A stretch of DNA of 64,000 bases from Ignavibacteria bacterium (GCA_041694835.1 JBGFRZ010000032.1:12544-76543), one strand, 5' to 3'. Shown: positions 47,273 to 57,704, counted from the stretch's first letter. The notes: a model not told the origin generated them from the letters alone. Translations and numbers: made by a program.

Positions 47273-48469
47273 TCACGACGTTAAAATGCCGTCTATTTTA
47301 TTATTGCGTCTTCTTATTTTTGCGGATTCGGAATGATAAACCAATCCTTCGGCGGCGGCAATCGCTTCAACCTGTTCTGGCCAAATACCAATAGATTTTT
47401 CACCGGCGAAAACAAAGGTCGTTTTCTTTAAAAATGTATGCGCTGAAATCCCACTTGAAAACCTCGCTGTGGAGGCAGTCGGCAGAACATGAGAAGGTCC
47501 GGCGAAATAATCGCCAATCGCCGTCGGGGTGTGGTAGCCCGCAAAAACCGCCCCGGCGTTTTTTACATACGCAAAATATTTTCGGGGATTTTTCAAAAGC
47601 AGCTCAAGGTGTTCCGGGGCGAGAGTATTTGAAATTTTTATCGCCTCGGTGATGGCTACTTTTCTGATTTTGATTTGTTTTTTATATTTTCCCGGAATCA
47701 TGTTTTTCACTTCATCTATGATTTTCTTTGAATCGGTAAACAAAAACGCCCTGCTTGAGGGGTCGTGTTCGGTTTGTGCAAGAAGGTCATACGCTATAAA
47801 CTCAGGAGGTGCGCCACCATCCGCTATAATGACAACCTCGCTGGGCCCGGCAAGCATGTCTATGCCAACCGTTCCGAAAAGCTGTCGCTTCGCTTCGGTG
47901 ATGTATTTATTGCCAGGGCCAACTATCATGTCGACCTTTGGTATCATCTTCGTTCCAAAGGCGGCGGCAGCCACAGATTGCACACCGCCGACGGTATAAA
48001 TTTCATCGACACCAGATATATCGGCGGCAACCAGTACCGATGGGCTTATGTTTTTCGGTGGTGTTAGCATTATGATTTTTTTAACGCCGGCGATGGATGC
48101 CGGTATGACCGTCATAAGAACCGAGGATGGATACGAATATCTTGCACCGGGCGCATATACGGCGACCGACTCAACGGGACGAACATACTCTCCGCTTTCT
48201 ATACCCGCCCGAGAAATGCTCCAACTTTTTTTTAGATGTTTCATCTGAAAGGTGTGGAATATCCTTATGTTCTCAGCAGCCTTTTTTAAAGCGAGATATA
48301 ATTTTTTATCTACTTTATTTTTTGCGTCTTTTATCTTTTCCAAACTGACTTTAAACTCAGATGGTTTTATGACGACACCGTCGAACTTCTTCGTGTAAAA
48401 ACTGACGGCGACATCGCCGTTTCTTTTGACTCTTTCTATTATTTTTCTCACTGAATTTTCAATTTTCAT
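47273..48469 (-). CDS. hisD: histidinol dehydrogenase
   Basis: GPGNKY, IDMLAGPSE, QTEHDP, APEHLEL and DYFAGPSHVLPT. Confidence 0.96.
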   Translation of the reverse strand: MKIENSVRKIIERVKRNGDVAVSFYTKKFDGVVIKPSEFKVSLEKIKDAKNKVDKKLYLALKKAAENIRIFHTFQMKHLKKSWSISRAGIESGEYVRPVESVAVYAPGARYSYPSSVLMTVIPASIAGVKKIIMLTPPKNISPSVLVAADISGVDEIYTVGGVQSVAAAAFGTKMIPKVDMIVGPGNKYITEAKRQLFGTVGIDMLAGPSEVVIIADGGAPPEFIAYDLLAQTEHDPSSRAFLFTDSKKIIDEVKNMIPGKYKKQIKIRKVAITEAIKISNTLAPEHLELLLKNPRKYFAYVKNAGAVFAGYHTPTAIGDYFAGPSHVLPTASTARFSSGISAHTFLKKTTFVFAGEKSIGIWPEQVEAIAAAEGLVYHSESAKIRRRNNKIDGILTS

Positions 48470-49721
48470 ATTTATGCCTTTTTATATCCGCCCCCAAACT
48501 AGAAAGTTTCTTTTCTAAGTTTTCATAACCCCTGTCGAGGTGATATATCCTCGAGATTTTTGTAACTCCCCTTGCGGCAAGACCGGCGAGCACAAGCGCC
48601 GCTCCCGCTCTCAAATCTGACACCATGACAGGCGCTCCCGAAAGTTTTTCGACGCCATTCACAAACACTTTGTTGCCCGCAACTTTCAAATCTGCACCCA
48701 TCCTTCTAAGTTCAGCGACATGCAAAAACCTGTTCTCAAATATCGTCTCAGACATAACGGAGCGACCCTTGATGCTCGACATAAGAGCCATCCACTGAGC
48801 TTGTATGTCAGTCGGAAAACCGGGATAAACCGATGTGCTTATGTCTACCGGCTTCAATGGTCTCTGCCAGACGGCTGTTATTGTCGTGTTTTTTATTTCT
48901 ATTTTCATGCCGGATTCTTTCAGTTTTTCTATAACTGTCCTGCAATGCGAAGGGGCGGAGTTTTGAACGGCGATTTTTCCCTTCGTAATCGCAGCGGCTA
49001 TGAGATATGTTGCCGTTTCTATTCTGTCCGGTATTATCCTGTGGGTTATACCGACGAGTTTTTTGACGCCTGTTATTTTTATACGATTTGTCCCGGCGCC
49101 AGATATTATCGCCCCCATGGAAACAAGCGCGTCACACAAATCTGTTATCTCCGGCTCCCTCGCAACGTTATCTATCACGCTTTCCCCTTCTGCCAGAGAG
49201 GCCGCCATAACCAGGTTTTCCGTCGCACCGACGCTCGGAAATTTTAAAGCAATTCTTCCACCACGCAAACGACGATGAGACGACATCTTAACATAGCCCG
49301 ACTCCAGTTCTATCTTCGCACCAAGTTTCGCAAAGCCGTCCAGATGTATGTCTATAGGTCTCACACCTATCGCACATCCTCCCGGTAAAGATATCTTTAC
49401 CCTGCCGTATCTTGCCAGCAACGGCCCGGCCATAAGTATGCTAGCCCGCATCTTTCTTACAAGCTCGTAAGGAATTTCAGGCCTGGCTTCCGAAATCGTT
49501 TTTATATTATACTCAGAGCCTTTTGTGAAAATTTTCTTGCCGGAGAGTTCAAGAAGGATGGAAGACGTTTTTATATCTTCAAGATCAGGAACATTTTTAA
49601 ATTCAACGTATTCGTCAGTGAGCAGCGAGCTGAAAAGAAGCGATAAAGCGGAATTTTTAGAGCCTGAAACTTTCATCGCACCTTTTAATTTTCTTCCACC
49701 CCTTACTATAAGGTAATCCAT
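48459..49721 (-). CDS. murA: UDP-N-acetylglucosamine 1-carboxyvinyltransferase
   Basis: SGSKNS, MRAS, LPGGCAIGVRPID, SVGATEN, PGFPTD and DLRAG. Confidence 0.97.
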   Translation of the reverse strand: MDYLIVRGGRKLKGAMKVSGSKNSALSLLFSSLLTDEYVEFKNVPDLEDIKTSSILLELSGKKIFTKGSEYNIKTISEARPEIPYELVRKMRASILMAGPLLARYGRVKISLPGGCAIGVRPIDIHLDGFAKLGAKIELESGYVKMSSHRRLRGGRIALKFPSVGATENLVMAASLAEGESVIDNVAREPEITDLCDALVSMGAIISGAGTNRIKITGVKKLVGITHRIIPDRIETATYLIAAAITKGKIAVQNSAPSHCRTVIEKLKESGMKIEIKNTTITAVWQRPLKPVDISTSVYPGFPTDIQAQWMALMSSIKGRSVMSETIFENRFLHVAELRRMGADLKVAGNKVFVNGVEKLSGAPVMVSDLRAGAALVLAGLAARGVTKISRIYHLDRGYENLEKKLSSLGADIKRHKYEN

Positions 49722-49725
49722 GTCA

Positions 49726-50601
49726 TTAGGCGGCGGTTGCAACTGCAACTCTGTTGTTTCCGCCGAAATCCTTTACGATATTTATATTTTTGTATTCAAA
49801 AAACGAAAGTATGTTTTTCACATTCTCGGCCTGATTGTATCCGATTTCAAGAGCGAGAAAGCCGCCTTTTTTTAAAAAGAACTTCGACTCCGGGATTATT
49901 CTTCTGTAAAAATCGAGCCCATCTTCCCCGCCGGAAAGGGCGAGGGGCGGCTCATAAAGTGACACTTCAGGCTGAAGCGTCTTTATGTGCTTTTCGGGTA
50001 TATAGGGAGGATTTGAAACTATGACATCGAAAAAATTAAGAAATCTCTTGTTGTTCTCGAAAGGAGAAAAAATATCGCCTTTGTAAACCGCAAGCTTTGA
50101 GTAAACGGCATTCACAACGGCGTTCTGACACGTAACCCTGAGAGCGTCTTCGCTGATATCAACGCAGTAAACCATAACATTTTCAGTATTTTTTGCTATG
50201 GCTATCGATATATTCCCGCATCCACAACCCAGATCCAGTATCTTTAAATTTCGAGAGGACTCGCTTGAAGCAACTGCTTTCAGTACTTCGTCCACAAGGA
50301 TTTCCGTCTCTCGTCGCGGAATAAGACAGCCCTCGTTTAAGTTGAGCCTCAGTCCGTAAAAATCGGCAAAACCCGTAATGTAGGAAAACGGCAGACGTTT
50401 TGCCCGCTTCATCAAAGCAACTCTGTATAAATCGATTTTGTCCTCGGAAACCACCTTGTCCCTCATGAGATAAAGTTCAGACCTCTCCATCTCAAGAGCC
50501 CAACCCAAAAGATTCTCTGTTTCTACAACGGCATCGTCTACACCGTGTTTCCTGAGATACTCCTCGCTCAAGTTCAAAAGTTCACCTATTGTTTTTTTCA
50601 T
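49726..50601 (-). CDS. prmC: release factor glutamine methyltransferase
   Basis: LIPRRETE, LDLGCGCG and SNPPY; follows prfA. Confidence 0.95.
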   Translation of the reverse strand: MKKTIGELLNLSEEYLRKHGVDDAVVETENLLGWALEMERSELYLMRDKVVSEDKIDLYRVALMKRAKRLPFSYITGFADFYGLRLNLNEGCLIPRRETEILVDEVLKAVASSESSRNLKILDLGCGCGNISIAIAKNTENVMVYCVDISEDALRVTCQNAVVNAVYSKLAVYKGDIFSPFENNKRFLNFFDVIVSNPPYIPEKHIKTLQPEVSLYEPPLALSGGEDGLDFYRRIIPESKFFLKKGGFLALEIGYNQAENVKNILSFFEYKNINIVKDFGGNNRVAVATAA

Positions 50602-51665
50602 ACCACAAGAGCCTGTAGTTTCTCCTTCTGAGATTCATCTACCAGGGCGCAGAGCAACTCGTCGATGTAGCCCTCCATCGCCTTCGGTAGATTGTAGACG
50701 CTGTAATTTATCCTGTGATCCGTGATGCGATTCTGCGGATAGTTGTATGTTCGTATCTTTTCTGATCTGTCGCCGGTGCCAATCTGTTTTTTTCTTAAGT
50801 TTGCTATCGCGCTTTGTCTCTCCTCCTTCGCTCTGTCCAGAAGCTTCGCTTTCAGGAGCTTCATCGCCTTGACCCTATTTTTTATCTGCGACCTTTCTTC
50901 CTGGCAGGCAACAACTATGCCCGAAGGAAAATGTGTGATTCTTACCGCCGAGTCCGTCTTGTTGACATGCTGACCGCCGGCGCCCGAAGATCTGTAGGTA
51001 TCTATCCTTAAATCCTTCTCGTCTATCTCGACCTCTACATCCGCCGCCTCGACAAGCACAGCCACGCTGACGGTGGATGTGTGTATCCTTCCTGACGCCT
51101 CCGTTATCGGAACCCTCTGAACTCTGTGAACCCCGCTTTCAAACTGGAAGTGTTTCCATGCATCTTTTCCCCTAACCATAAAGACTACCTCTTTGAATCC
51201 TTCAAGGTCAGTGGGGCTTGAGCTCATAACATCCGTGTCTAGATTCTTCATAGACGCAAACCTACTGTACATCTTGAACAGATCTGCAACGAAGATGGCC
51301 GCCTCATGTCCTCCGGCGCCGGCTCTGACTTCCACAATTATGTTTTTCCCATCGTTTTCATCACGCGGGAGCAGGGAAACTATTATTTCGTTTTCTATCT
51401 TCGAGAGTTCTTTTTCCATCCTTATATTTTCTTCCACTATGAGCTCTTTCATCTGCGGGTCTTTTTCCCCGTAAAGCAATTCAAGGTTCTTCTCCTTCTC
51501 GCTCGCTATTTTTTTATATTTCCTGTAAAGCTCGACGGTGGGTCTCAACGAAGCGAGCTCCTTGGCGAGGGCGTGGAAGTTCTTTTCATCGGACACGGAT
51601 GACTCGCACATCTTCCCCTCAAGCTCTTCGTATTTTATCTCCAGCTTTTTCACATAATCAAACAT
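50598..51665 (-). CDS. prfA: peptide chain release factor 1
   Basis: PIT (PxT) recognition loop, GAGGQHVN and RSEKIRTYNYPQ; start uncertain by about 5 codons. Confidence 0.97.
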   Translation of the reverse strand: MFDYVKKLEIKYEELEGKMCESSVSDEKNFHALAKELASLRPTVELYRKYKKIASEKEKNLELLYGEKDPQMKELIVEENIRMEKELSKIENEIIVSLLPRDENDGKNIIVEVRAGAGGHEAAIFVADLFKMYSRFASMKNLDTDVMSSSPTDLEGFKEVVFMVRGKDAWKHFQFESGVHRVQRVPITEASGRIHTSTVSVAVLVEAADVEVEIDEKDLRIDTYRSSGAGGQHVNKTDSAVRITHFPSGIVVACQEERSQIKNRVKAMKLLKAKLLDRAKEERQSAIANLRKKQIGTGDRSEKIRTYNYPQNRITDHRINYSVYNLPKAMEGYIDELLCALVDESQKEKLQALVV

Positions 51666-51718
51666 ATTGCAACCTGCCAATAAACCTTATCCATCGCGAT
51701 GCCTTGAGACCAAAGATT

Positions 51719-51752
51719 AAAAAAGCAGTCCCAAAAAGATTTCAGGACTGCT
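51719..51752 (-). terminator. intrinsic terminator after rpmE
   Basis: AGCAGTCC...GGACTGCT stem followed by a T-run on the minus strand. Confidence 0.6.
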
Positions 51753-51773
51753 CTTCGATTTTTTTCTAACACA

Positions 51774-52124
51774 CTACGACTGTGGTTTTGATTTTTCTTT
51801 CTTTTTTTTTGTGGTTTCAACCTTGGCCCTTTTCATTGAAGTAGATAGTATCTTTATCTTTTGTTTTTTCGCGGCGGTTTTTTTGACTGGCTCTTTTATC
51901 AGTTTTTTCCTTTTCTTCTCTTCCGATTTTTTTGAAGCTTTTTTGATGAACTTATCTACCATGCCAGCCGAATCGACAAGCTTCTGCTTGCCGGTGAAAA
52001 ATGGGTGGCACTGAGAACATATATCAAGGCTAAGAGATGTCGCGGTCGAGTGGGTTTGAAAAGTATTGCCGCAGGCGCATTTTACGGTTATCAGTTCGTA
52101 TTTCGGATGAATTCCTTCTTTCAT
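51774..52124 (-). CDS. rpmE: 50S ribosomal protein L31 (Zn-binding type) with Lys-rich C-terminal extension
   Basis: [13 protein letters not shown] and [15 protein letters not shown]. Confidence 0.95.
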   Translation of the reverse strand: MKEGIHPKYELITVKCACGNTFQTHSTATSLSLDICSQCHPFFTGKQKLVDSAGMVDKFIKKASKKSEEKKRKKLIKEPVKKTAAKKQKIKILSTSMKRAKVETTKKKKEKSKPQS

Positions 52125-52197
52125 CACTCCTCCAATTTTTAGAGTTAAATTGTAAGCTATACAAATTAGCTGTATGGTCCCGCATCATTATATCAAA

Positions 52198-53478
52198 TTA
52201 TTCAGCAAATGACTCAATAAGTTTTAAAAATTCCTTATTGGACTTTGTCGCCGAAAGTCGCTCAAGAAGTTCTTCCATAGCTTCTATCGCATTTTGGGAA
52301 ACAAGCGCTTTGCGCAAACCCCAGATTTTTTTCAGGTCCTCACCATCGACTAGGAGCTCCTCTTTTCTCGTTCCTGATCTGTTTATGTCTATGGCCGGGA
52401 ATACTCTTCTGTCGGCGAGTTTCCTGTCGAGATATATCTCCATGTTTCCAGTGCCCTTGAATTCTTCGAATATAACGTCATCCATCCGGGAGCCTGTTTC
52501 TATGAGCGAGGTGGCGATTATTGTAAGGGAGCCGCCTTCTTCGATGTTTCTGGCGGTGCCAAAAAATCTTTTTGGCCTTTGTAGAGCGTTCGAATCAAGA
52601 CCTCCCGACAGAACCCTGCCTGATGACGGAGTGATGGTGTTGTAAGCGCGGGCCAGTCGGGTGATGGAGTCAAGCAGAATCACAACGTCGTTGCCGTGTT
52701 CTACAAGGCGCTTCGCCTTTTCGATGACCATCTCGGAGACCTGTATGTGTCTTTCGGCTGGCTCGTCAAAAGTTGAGGCTATTACTTCGCCCTTGACGGA
52801 GCGCTGCATATCCGTGACCTCCTCGGGTCTTTCGTCTATCAGAAGAACTATAAGCGCTACGGTGGGATGGTTCGCCGTAAGGGCGTTGGCAATCTTTTGA
52901 AGAAGAACGGTTTTTCCGGTCCGCGGCGCGGCGTTTATAAGGGCGCGCTGTCCCATACCGAGAGGCGTCAATAAATCAATGACTCTCGTCGAAAGTTCAT
53001 TCTTTGTCGTCTCAAGCACGAATCGTCTTTCCGGATAAAGAGGGGTGAGGTTGTCGAAATAAAATCTATCCCTTATGTGATTGAGGTCCTTATTGCCGTT
53101 GACCGAATCCACTTGCAGGAGAGCGAAGTAATGCTCGTTTGATCCTTCCTTCGGCGGGCGGACTATTCCTCCAACGATGTCTCCCTTTCTGAGGCTGAAC
53201 TTTTTAATCTGGGAGTGCGAAATATATATGTCGTCTGGGCCTTGGAGATAGTTGTTATTTGGCGAACGCAGGAAACCGTAGCCTTCCGGATGTATCTCAA
53301 GCACCCCTTCATCATAAACAGACTGGCTTGTTTTAGTCTGCGCTTCGAGAATCTTGGCTATGAGCTCCTGTTTTTTTAACGCGGAAATAGCGTCTACTTT
53401 CAAATCCTTGGCTATGTTCAGTAGCTCTGTCACCTTCATCTTTCCTAAAGTCGATGCGTCCATCAGTTGTTGTGCCAT
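52198..53478 (-). CDS. rho: transcription termination factor Rho
   Basis: [34 protein letters not shown] and [17 protein letters not shown] before MAQQ. Confidence 0.98.
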   Translation of the reverse strand: MAQQLMDASTLGKMKVTELLNIAKDLKVDAISALKKQELIAKILEAQTKTSQSVYDEGVLEIHPEGYGFLRSPNNNYLQGPDDIYISHSQIKKFSLRKGDIVGGIVRPPKEGSNEHYFALLQVDSVNGNKDLNHIRDRFYFDNLTPLYPERRFVLETTKNELSTRVIDLLTPLGMGQRALINAAPRTGKTVLLQKIANALTANHPTVALIVLLIDERPEEVTDMQRSVKGEVIASTFDEPAERHIQVSEMVIEKAKRLVEHGNDVVILLDSITRLARAYNTITPSSGRVLSGGLDSNALQRPKRFFGTARNIEEGGSLTIIATSLIETGSRMDDVIFEEFKGTGNMEIYLDRKLADRRVFPAIDINRSGTRKEELLVDGEDLKKIWGLRKALVSQNAIEAMEELLERLSATKSNKEFLKLIESFAE

Positions 53479-53622
53479 CTTTCCTCCAAAATGTCCGGCT
53501 ATTAATTTTATGGGAGTTGTAACATAAAACGGATTGTTCAATCGGATTTGTGTTATTTATTGTAGTTCGTGGATTTGGACAATGTAACGGTAAGTGCCCC
53601 TTCTTTATTATCTTGGCGAATC

Positions 53623-53652
53623 ATTATACATAAAATTTCACAGGCATGTCAA
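53623..53652 (-). promoter_or_regulatory. sigma70 promoter upstream of rho
   Basis: TTGACA-18 bp-TATAAT on the minus strand. Confidence 0.7.
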
Positions 53653-54566
53653 ATTTTCAAACAGCTTACAAAGTTTAGAACACACTCGGGGAGAGAAGAG
53701 GAATATCCGCCTTCCAAAACGGCAAATCGCGGTAAACCCGTTTCTTTTATTTTCTCGGCTATTTTTCCGTAACTACTTTTTGCCAAACCCAGATTTGTCA
53801 ACGGGTCATCTTCGTATGTGTCAAAACCTGCTGAAACTGCGAGCAAATCCGGTTTGTATTTCATTATCTCGTCAATCGCTTTTGTCAGAACTTCCAGATA
53901 TGCGGTTTCGTCACTCCCGGGTCTTATTGGAAAGTTAATGCAGTTTTTTTCCGACTTCAATCCGCTGCCCGGATAAAGCGGCGACTGATGAATTGAAATA
54001 AATAGAACATTCTCGTCGCCTAAAAAAATATCCTGCGTGCCGTTGCCGTGATGACAGTCGATATCCAGTATTGCAATACGAGGATTTATCCCGTCGGTCG
54101 GGATGCCAAAACCCGAAGTATTATTCATGGGTATACCCCCCCATTTCAATAGGGGGAGCATCAATAGATGTTGGACGGCAATCGCTATGTTGTTGAAATA
54201 ACAAAAACCGCCTGAATGATTTTTGAAAGCGTGGTGGCCCGGCGGGCGCATAAGAGAAAATGCCGGCTTTCCTTTTAGTGCGCTTTCTGCGGCTCCTATT
54301 GCAGCACCGGCCGATAATAACGCAAACTCATACATATTTTTGTTATTGGGTGTATCGCCGTCAATAAACCCGCCCGATTTTACATTTTCAACAACACTTA
54401 AAGAATGAACCGCGAGTATGTCTTTTTCTTTGCATGGCGACGGCTCGCTGATTTCATAGCCGTGTTTGAGTAAAAATTCGTATGTCGCTTTGACTCTTTC
54501 TGTCGATTCCGGATGTCCTGAAAAGTTATACTGCCAGCATTTTTTCGACGAGATGACTTTAATCAT
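53649..54566 (-). CDS. histone deacetylase family (AcuC/AphA-like) amidohydrolase
   Basis: HPE, RPPGHHA, GFCYFNN, DIDCHHGNGTQ, SAGFD and LEGGY. Confidence 0.92.
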   Translation of the reverse strand: MIKVISSKKCWQYNFSGHPESTERVKATYEFLLKHGYEISEPSPCKEKDILAVHSLSVVENVKSGGFIDGDTPNNKNMYEFALLSAGAAIGAAESALKGKPAFSLMRPPGHHAFKNHSGGFCYFNNIAIAVQHLLMLPLLKWGGIPMNNTSGFGIPTDGINPRIAILDIDCHHGNGTQDIFLGDENVLFISIHQSPLYPGSGLKSEKNCINFPIRPGSDETAYLEVLTKAIDEIMKYKPDLLAVSAGFDTYEDDPLTNLGLAKSSYGKIAEKIKETGLPRFAVLEGGYSSSLPECVLNFVSCLKI

Positions 54567-54593
54567 ATAATTTATTTTCTGAATGTATGTAAA

Positions 54594-55667
54594 TTATCCG
54601 AGCCATTTTTGAGGATTGTCTTTGTTGTATTTCCTCAGATACCCGATTTCGTTTTTGAGGTTGTTTGCTTCGGCAAGCATTTTTGCTTTTTTATACAACT
54701 CCCCGTCGTTTTTTCTGCTTAGTCGCTCTAAATACAAACTCAAAAGTCCCCTTGTGTCTTGCGATTTCTTAAAAAATTTTAGCGATTTTGCAAAATAAAA
54801 ATCGCTCAAAATTTTGCAACCCGTCTTAAGATAACAACCCGCCAAACCCTTGTAGACAAAAGCGAGCGACGATAAATCTTTTGTCTTTATGTAGAGTGGT
54901 TCAGAAAAACCATAATAAGATATCGCTTTTTTTATTTTGTCCGACGCTTTATATGCGTTAGCCATTCCGCAGAAAGAATATGCCCGTCCGTATGCATCAC
55001 GGTTTTTTTTGAATATTTTATTTGCCCGAGTATATAATTTCAGCGAATCTTCCAGTCTCCCCGAAGCCCTCAGCAAACCACCGAGGCCGCAGAGCGAAAA
55101 TCCAACGCCGTTTAAGTCGTTTATTTTTTTATGTGTCGCAAGAGAAATCTCAAGATGTTTTTTTGATTTGTTAAGCGCGCCGAGAAATCTGTAAATCATT
55201 CCTATATGCCAGTGGATAAATCCGAGAGCATCGGCATCTTTTTGATTTTTAGCGAGTTTTATTGTCTTATTCAATTTTGAAAGAGCGAGTTTGTATTTCC
55301 CCTCGCATTTGTCGCAAAGAGCGTCTCCTATGAGGCAATCCAAAAAATACCTGTCGACGTTGTCATCATTTTTATTTTTCAAAAACCCTGCGGTTTTGTT
55401 GTAAAATTTTCTTGAATCCGAAAATCTGCCGAGAACTCTGAACAAATCGGCTATGGCAAGCATCGCGTCCAATTTATCAGATAACAAAGCCCCGAACATT
55501 TGTTCGCCCCGAACACTTGTTCGCCCCGAACACTTGTTCGATTTATTTTGATGAGTTGTGGCGGATTTTGATGCGGAAAGAAACCCTTTGTATAACTTCA
55601 CCGCTCCGCAGTAATCACCTAATTGACGAAGCTTCTCCGCCTTATGCAGCAGGTTTTTATTTACCAT
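54594..55667 (-). CDS. tetratricopeptide-repeat protein
   Basis: About 40-aa-periodic helical repeats (D..G.A...G....G); basic composition. Confidence 0.75.
   Translation of the reverse strand: MVNKNLLHKAEKLRQLGDYCGAVKLYKGFLSASKSATTHQNKSNKCSGRTSVRGEQMFGALLSDKLDAMLAIADLFRVLGRFSDSRKFYNKTAGFLKNKNDDNVDRYFLDCLIGDALCDKCEGKYKLALSKLNKTIKLAKNQKDADALGFIHWHIGMIYRFLGALNKSKKHLEISLATHKKINDLNGVGFSLCGLGGLLRASGRLEDSLKLYTRANKIFKKNRDAYGRAYSFCGMANAYKASDKIKKAISYYGFSEPLYIKTKDLSSLAFVYKGLAGCYLKTGCKILSDFYFAKSLKFFKKSQDTRGLLSLYLERLSRKNDGELYKKAKMLAEANNLKNEIGYLRKYNKDNPQKWLG
55490..55540. repeat. 3 x 17-bp palindromic tandem repeat inside the TPR gene
   Basis: CCCCGAACA(T/C)TTGTTCG x3 = 51 bp, frame-preserving. Confidence 0.92.
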
Positions 55668-55713
55668 TTTTCACAACGTTCAGTATCTTTGTAATCTCTG
55701 TGGTATTTTGACC

Positions 55714-55989
55714 TAGTGCTCTGTGCCATAAATAATTGACATTTTGCACGAGAGATTTTGAGGCGAAACAAAGAACGAGGAGTGAAGCATACCCTCTGTG
55801 GTATGTGAGCGACGAGTGATGAAGTTGTAGCCCAAAAGCGCCGTGCCCTTCGGGGTTCGTCATCTTTGGGGCATTCTTAAGTCACTCCTCGCTTATGTAG
55901 CACTGCGGCTACACCGCACTCGTCGTTCCTTGAACTGCCCTCAAATCTGAAGAACCAAAATACTCAACTATTTATGGCACAGAGCACTA
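55714..55989. mobile_element. 276-bp MITE-like element with TA ends (family B, copy 2)
   Basis: TIR CTAGTGCTCTGTGCCATAAATA(A/G)TTGA matches at 26 of 27 positions; same length and internal motifs as 263-538. Confidence 0.88.
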
Positions 55990-56700
55990 GTATCTTCCGA
56001 CGGGCATTATATAAAGCGGTGTTTCGTCTTTTGTGCCAAGAATCTCCTGAACTGCCTTATCTTGAAAAGCGCCGATTATTACCGTCCCTAGTCCCAATGA
56101 CTCCGCCTGCAAGTGAACATTCTGTCCGGCTCCGCCCATATCCATAGGAACATAACGAACTTCTCCGCGCGTGCCGTACCTCCCGGTAGTGCGTGGGTAG
56201 GCGGCGGTAAAGACGATACTCGCTGGAGCATTTAGTACCATTCCTTGCCCCAGCGCCGCTCTCGTCAATTCCCGACGCAAATCGCCGTCTTTCAATCGTC
56301 TGATAGTATGGTCATGCCATTTATAATGATAAATCCCGTCGGACAAACTCTCCACATTTCCAGCAACTAAATAGATTTCTAAAGGATAAATACCACCTGC
56401 AGATGGATATGCTCTGGTCGCACCGCTTATACCGTCAATAGTTTTCCCCCCCGCCGCCCAAAGAAGCTGCGAAACATCTTTTAAGGTTAGAAGTTCGTCT
56501 TTGTAGCGTCTTATGGATTTTCTTTTAAAAATTGCTTCTTCGACGGAGAGTTTCCCTTTATGTTGCGGGGCGGGCAATTTTATCGTCTTTTCTTCGCCAT
56601 CAATCTTTGCCTGAGAGTGCCCCAGATACTTACCTAAAAGCAACCCACCAACAATGATACTAACTAAAACAACTAAAAACCATATCTTTTCTCTCTTCAT
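55987..56700 (-). CDS. SagB/ThcOx-type FMN-dependent nitroreductase-fold protein with N-terminal signal/anchor
   Basis: RKSIRRY, SQLLWAA, PSAGGIYPLE, QNVHLQAE and IGAF; GGAGG RBS. Confidence 0.85.
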   Translation of the reverse strand: MKREKIWFLVVLVSIIVGGLLLGKYLGHSQAKIDGEEKTIKLPAPQHKGKLSVEEAIFKRKSIRRYKDELLTLKDVSQLLWAAGGKTIDGISGATRAYPSAGGIYPLEIYLVAGNVESLSDGIYHYKWHDHTIRRLKDGDLRRELTRAALGQGMVLNAPASIVFTAAYPRTTGRYGTRGEVRYVPMDMGGAGQNVHLQAESLGLGTVIIGAFQDKAVQEILGTKDETPLYIMPVGRY

Positions 56701-56723
56701 ACACACCTCCATAAAATTTATCT

Positions 56724-56795
56724 GGACGCAGATTTGCAGGATTATCACAGATAAAAAATCTTTAAAACTTTTATTATCTGCGTTTATCTGCGTTC
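56724..56795. repeat. short bipartite 9-10-mer repeat hairpin
   Basis: ACGCAGAT/CACAGAT ... ATCTGCGTTT-ATCTGCGTTC. Confidence 0.55.
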
Positions 56796-56812
56796 AATTA
56801 GTTTTTATTCAC

Positions 56813-57649
56813 CTAAAAATCCGCTTCCTCTAATTTAATCACGGTAATTTCCGACGGGCTAAAAAGACGAATGGGCAATATACTTCTCCCGATCCCGCGT
56901 GTTACATACATTTGAGTTTGACTTATACGATATAGCCCAGATATAAATCCTCCGCCGCCCAGAAGTTTAACAACAAGATGGCTGAATAAAGGAATATAGA
57001 TTTGCCCACCATGCGTATGTCCTGCAAGTACTAATTCAATCCTATGTCTATCTGCTTGCTTGATTATTACTGGAGAATGAGATAACAATATCTTAAAGTC
57101 ATCTTTTGGTATTCCGTCAATTGCCCTCGACAAATTATCTCGCCCACTAAATGGGTCGTCCACTCCGACGAGCCAGATATTTTCTTGTCTTATTTTTATC
57201 TTTTGATTCTTATTGTTTAGAAATACAACATCCGATTCAACATCTATTTTTTCCATGTCAGTTGGTGTCAGATGCAAATGGTCATAGTTGCCCCAGACGC
57301 CCCACTTTCCGTACTTCGCTCTGAATTTATTGATTAGTTGAATGCAGTCATCCAATGCTTTGCGTGTATTGACAAAATCACCGGTAACGACGAGGATGTC
57401 GGGATTTATTTCGTTTACAGCATCAAGCAATTTTTCTTCTCGTGCCCCGAGCTTTTCTAAATGCAAGTCAGAAAGATGTACTATTGAAAGTCCATTCAAC
57501 GCTTCGCTCAATCCATTGATTCTAATATCGATTTTGCTAACTTCCATTCTATTGGTCTCAATATAGAGTATATAGATGAAAAAAGGAACGCCGAATATTA
57601 GAAATATTTTCCACACTAATCTGTGTTGAACAGACATCTTTTTTAACAT
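56813..57649 (-). CDS. membrane-anchored metallophosphoesterase (YkuE/YaeI-like)
   Basis: SDLH, TGDF, GNYD (GNHD variant), LSHSP and AGHTHGGQ. Confidence 0.88.
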   Translation of the reverse strand: MLKKMSVQHRLVWKIFLIFGVPFFIYILYIETNRMEVSKIDIRINGLSEALNGLSIVHLSDLHLEKLGAREEKLLDAVNEINPDILVVTGDFVNTRKALDDCIQLINKFRAKYGKWGVWGNYDHLHLTPTDMEKIDVESDVVFLNNKNQKIKIRQENIWLVGVDDPFSGRDNLSRAIDGIPKDDFKILLSHSPVIIKQADRHRIELVLAGHTHGGQIYIPLFSHLVVKLLGGGGFISGLYRISQTQMYVTRGIGRSILPIRLFSPSEITVIKLEEADF

Positions 57650-57704
57650 TCAATCTAAATCCCCCCTCACCCCCTTTTATTAAAGAAGGGATTGAAGGAT
57701 GATT

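Noticed and set aside
47273-48469. Absence of hisG/hisC/hisE and trpC/F/B/A as pathway loss
   Set aside because: Cannot be judged from one window; split his and trp operons are common.
55490-55540. CRISPR array
   Set aside because: Units are contiguous 17-mers without spacers; no cas genes and no repeat-spacer periodicity anywhere in the window.
57656-57695. C-rich/G-rich hairpin as a terminator
   Set aside because: Imperfect stem with no U-tract, between co-oriented genes; more likely a REP-like remnant, single copy here.
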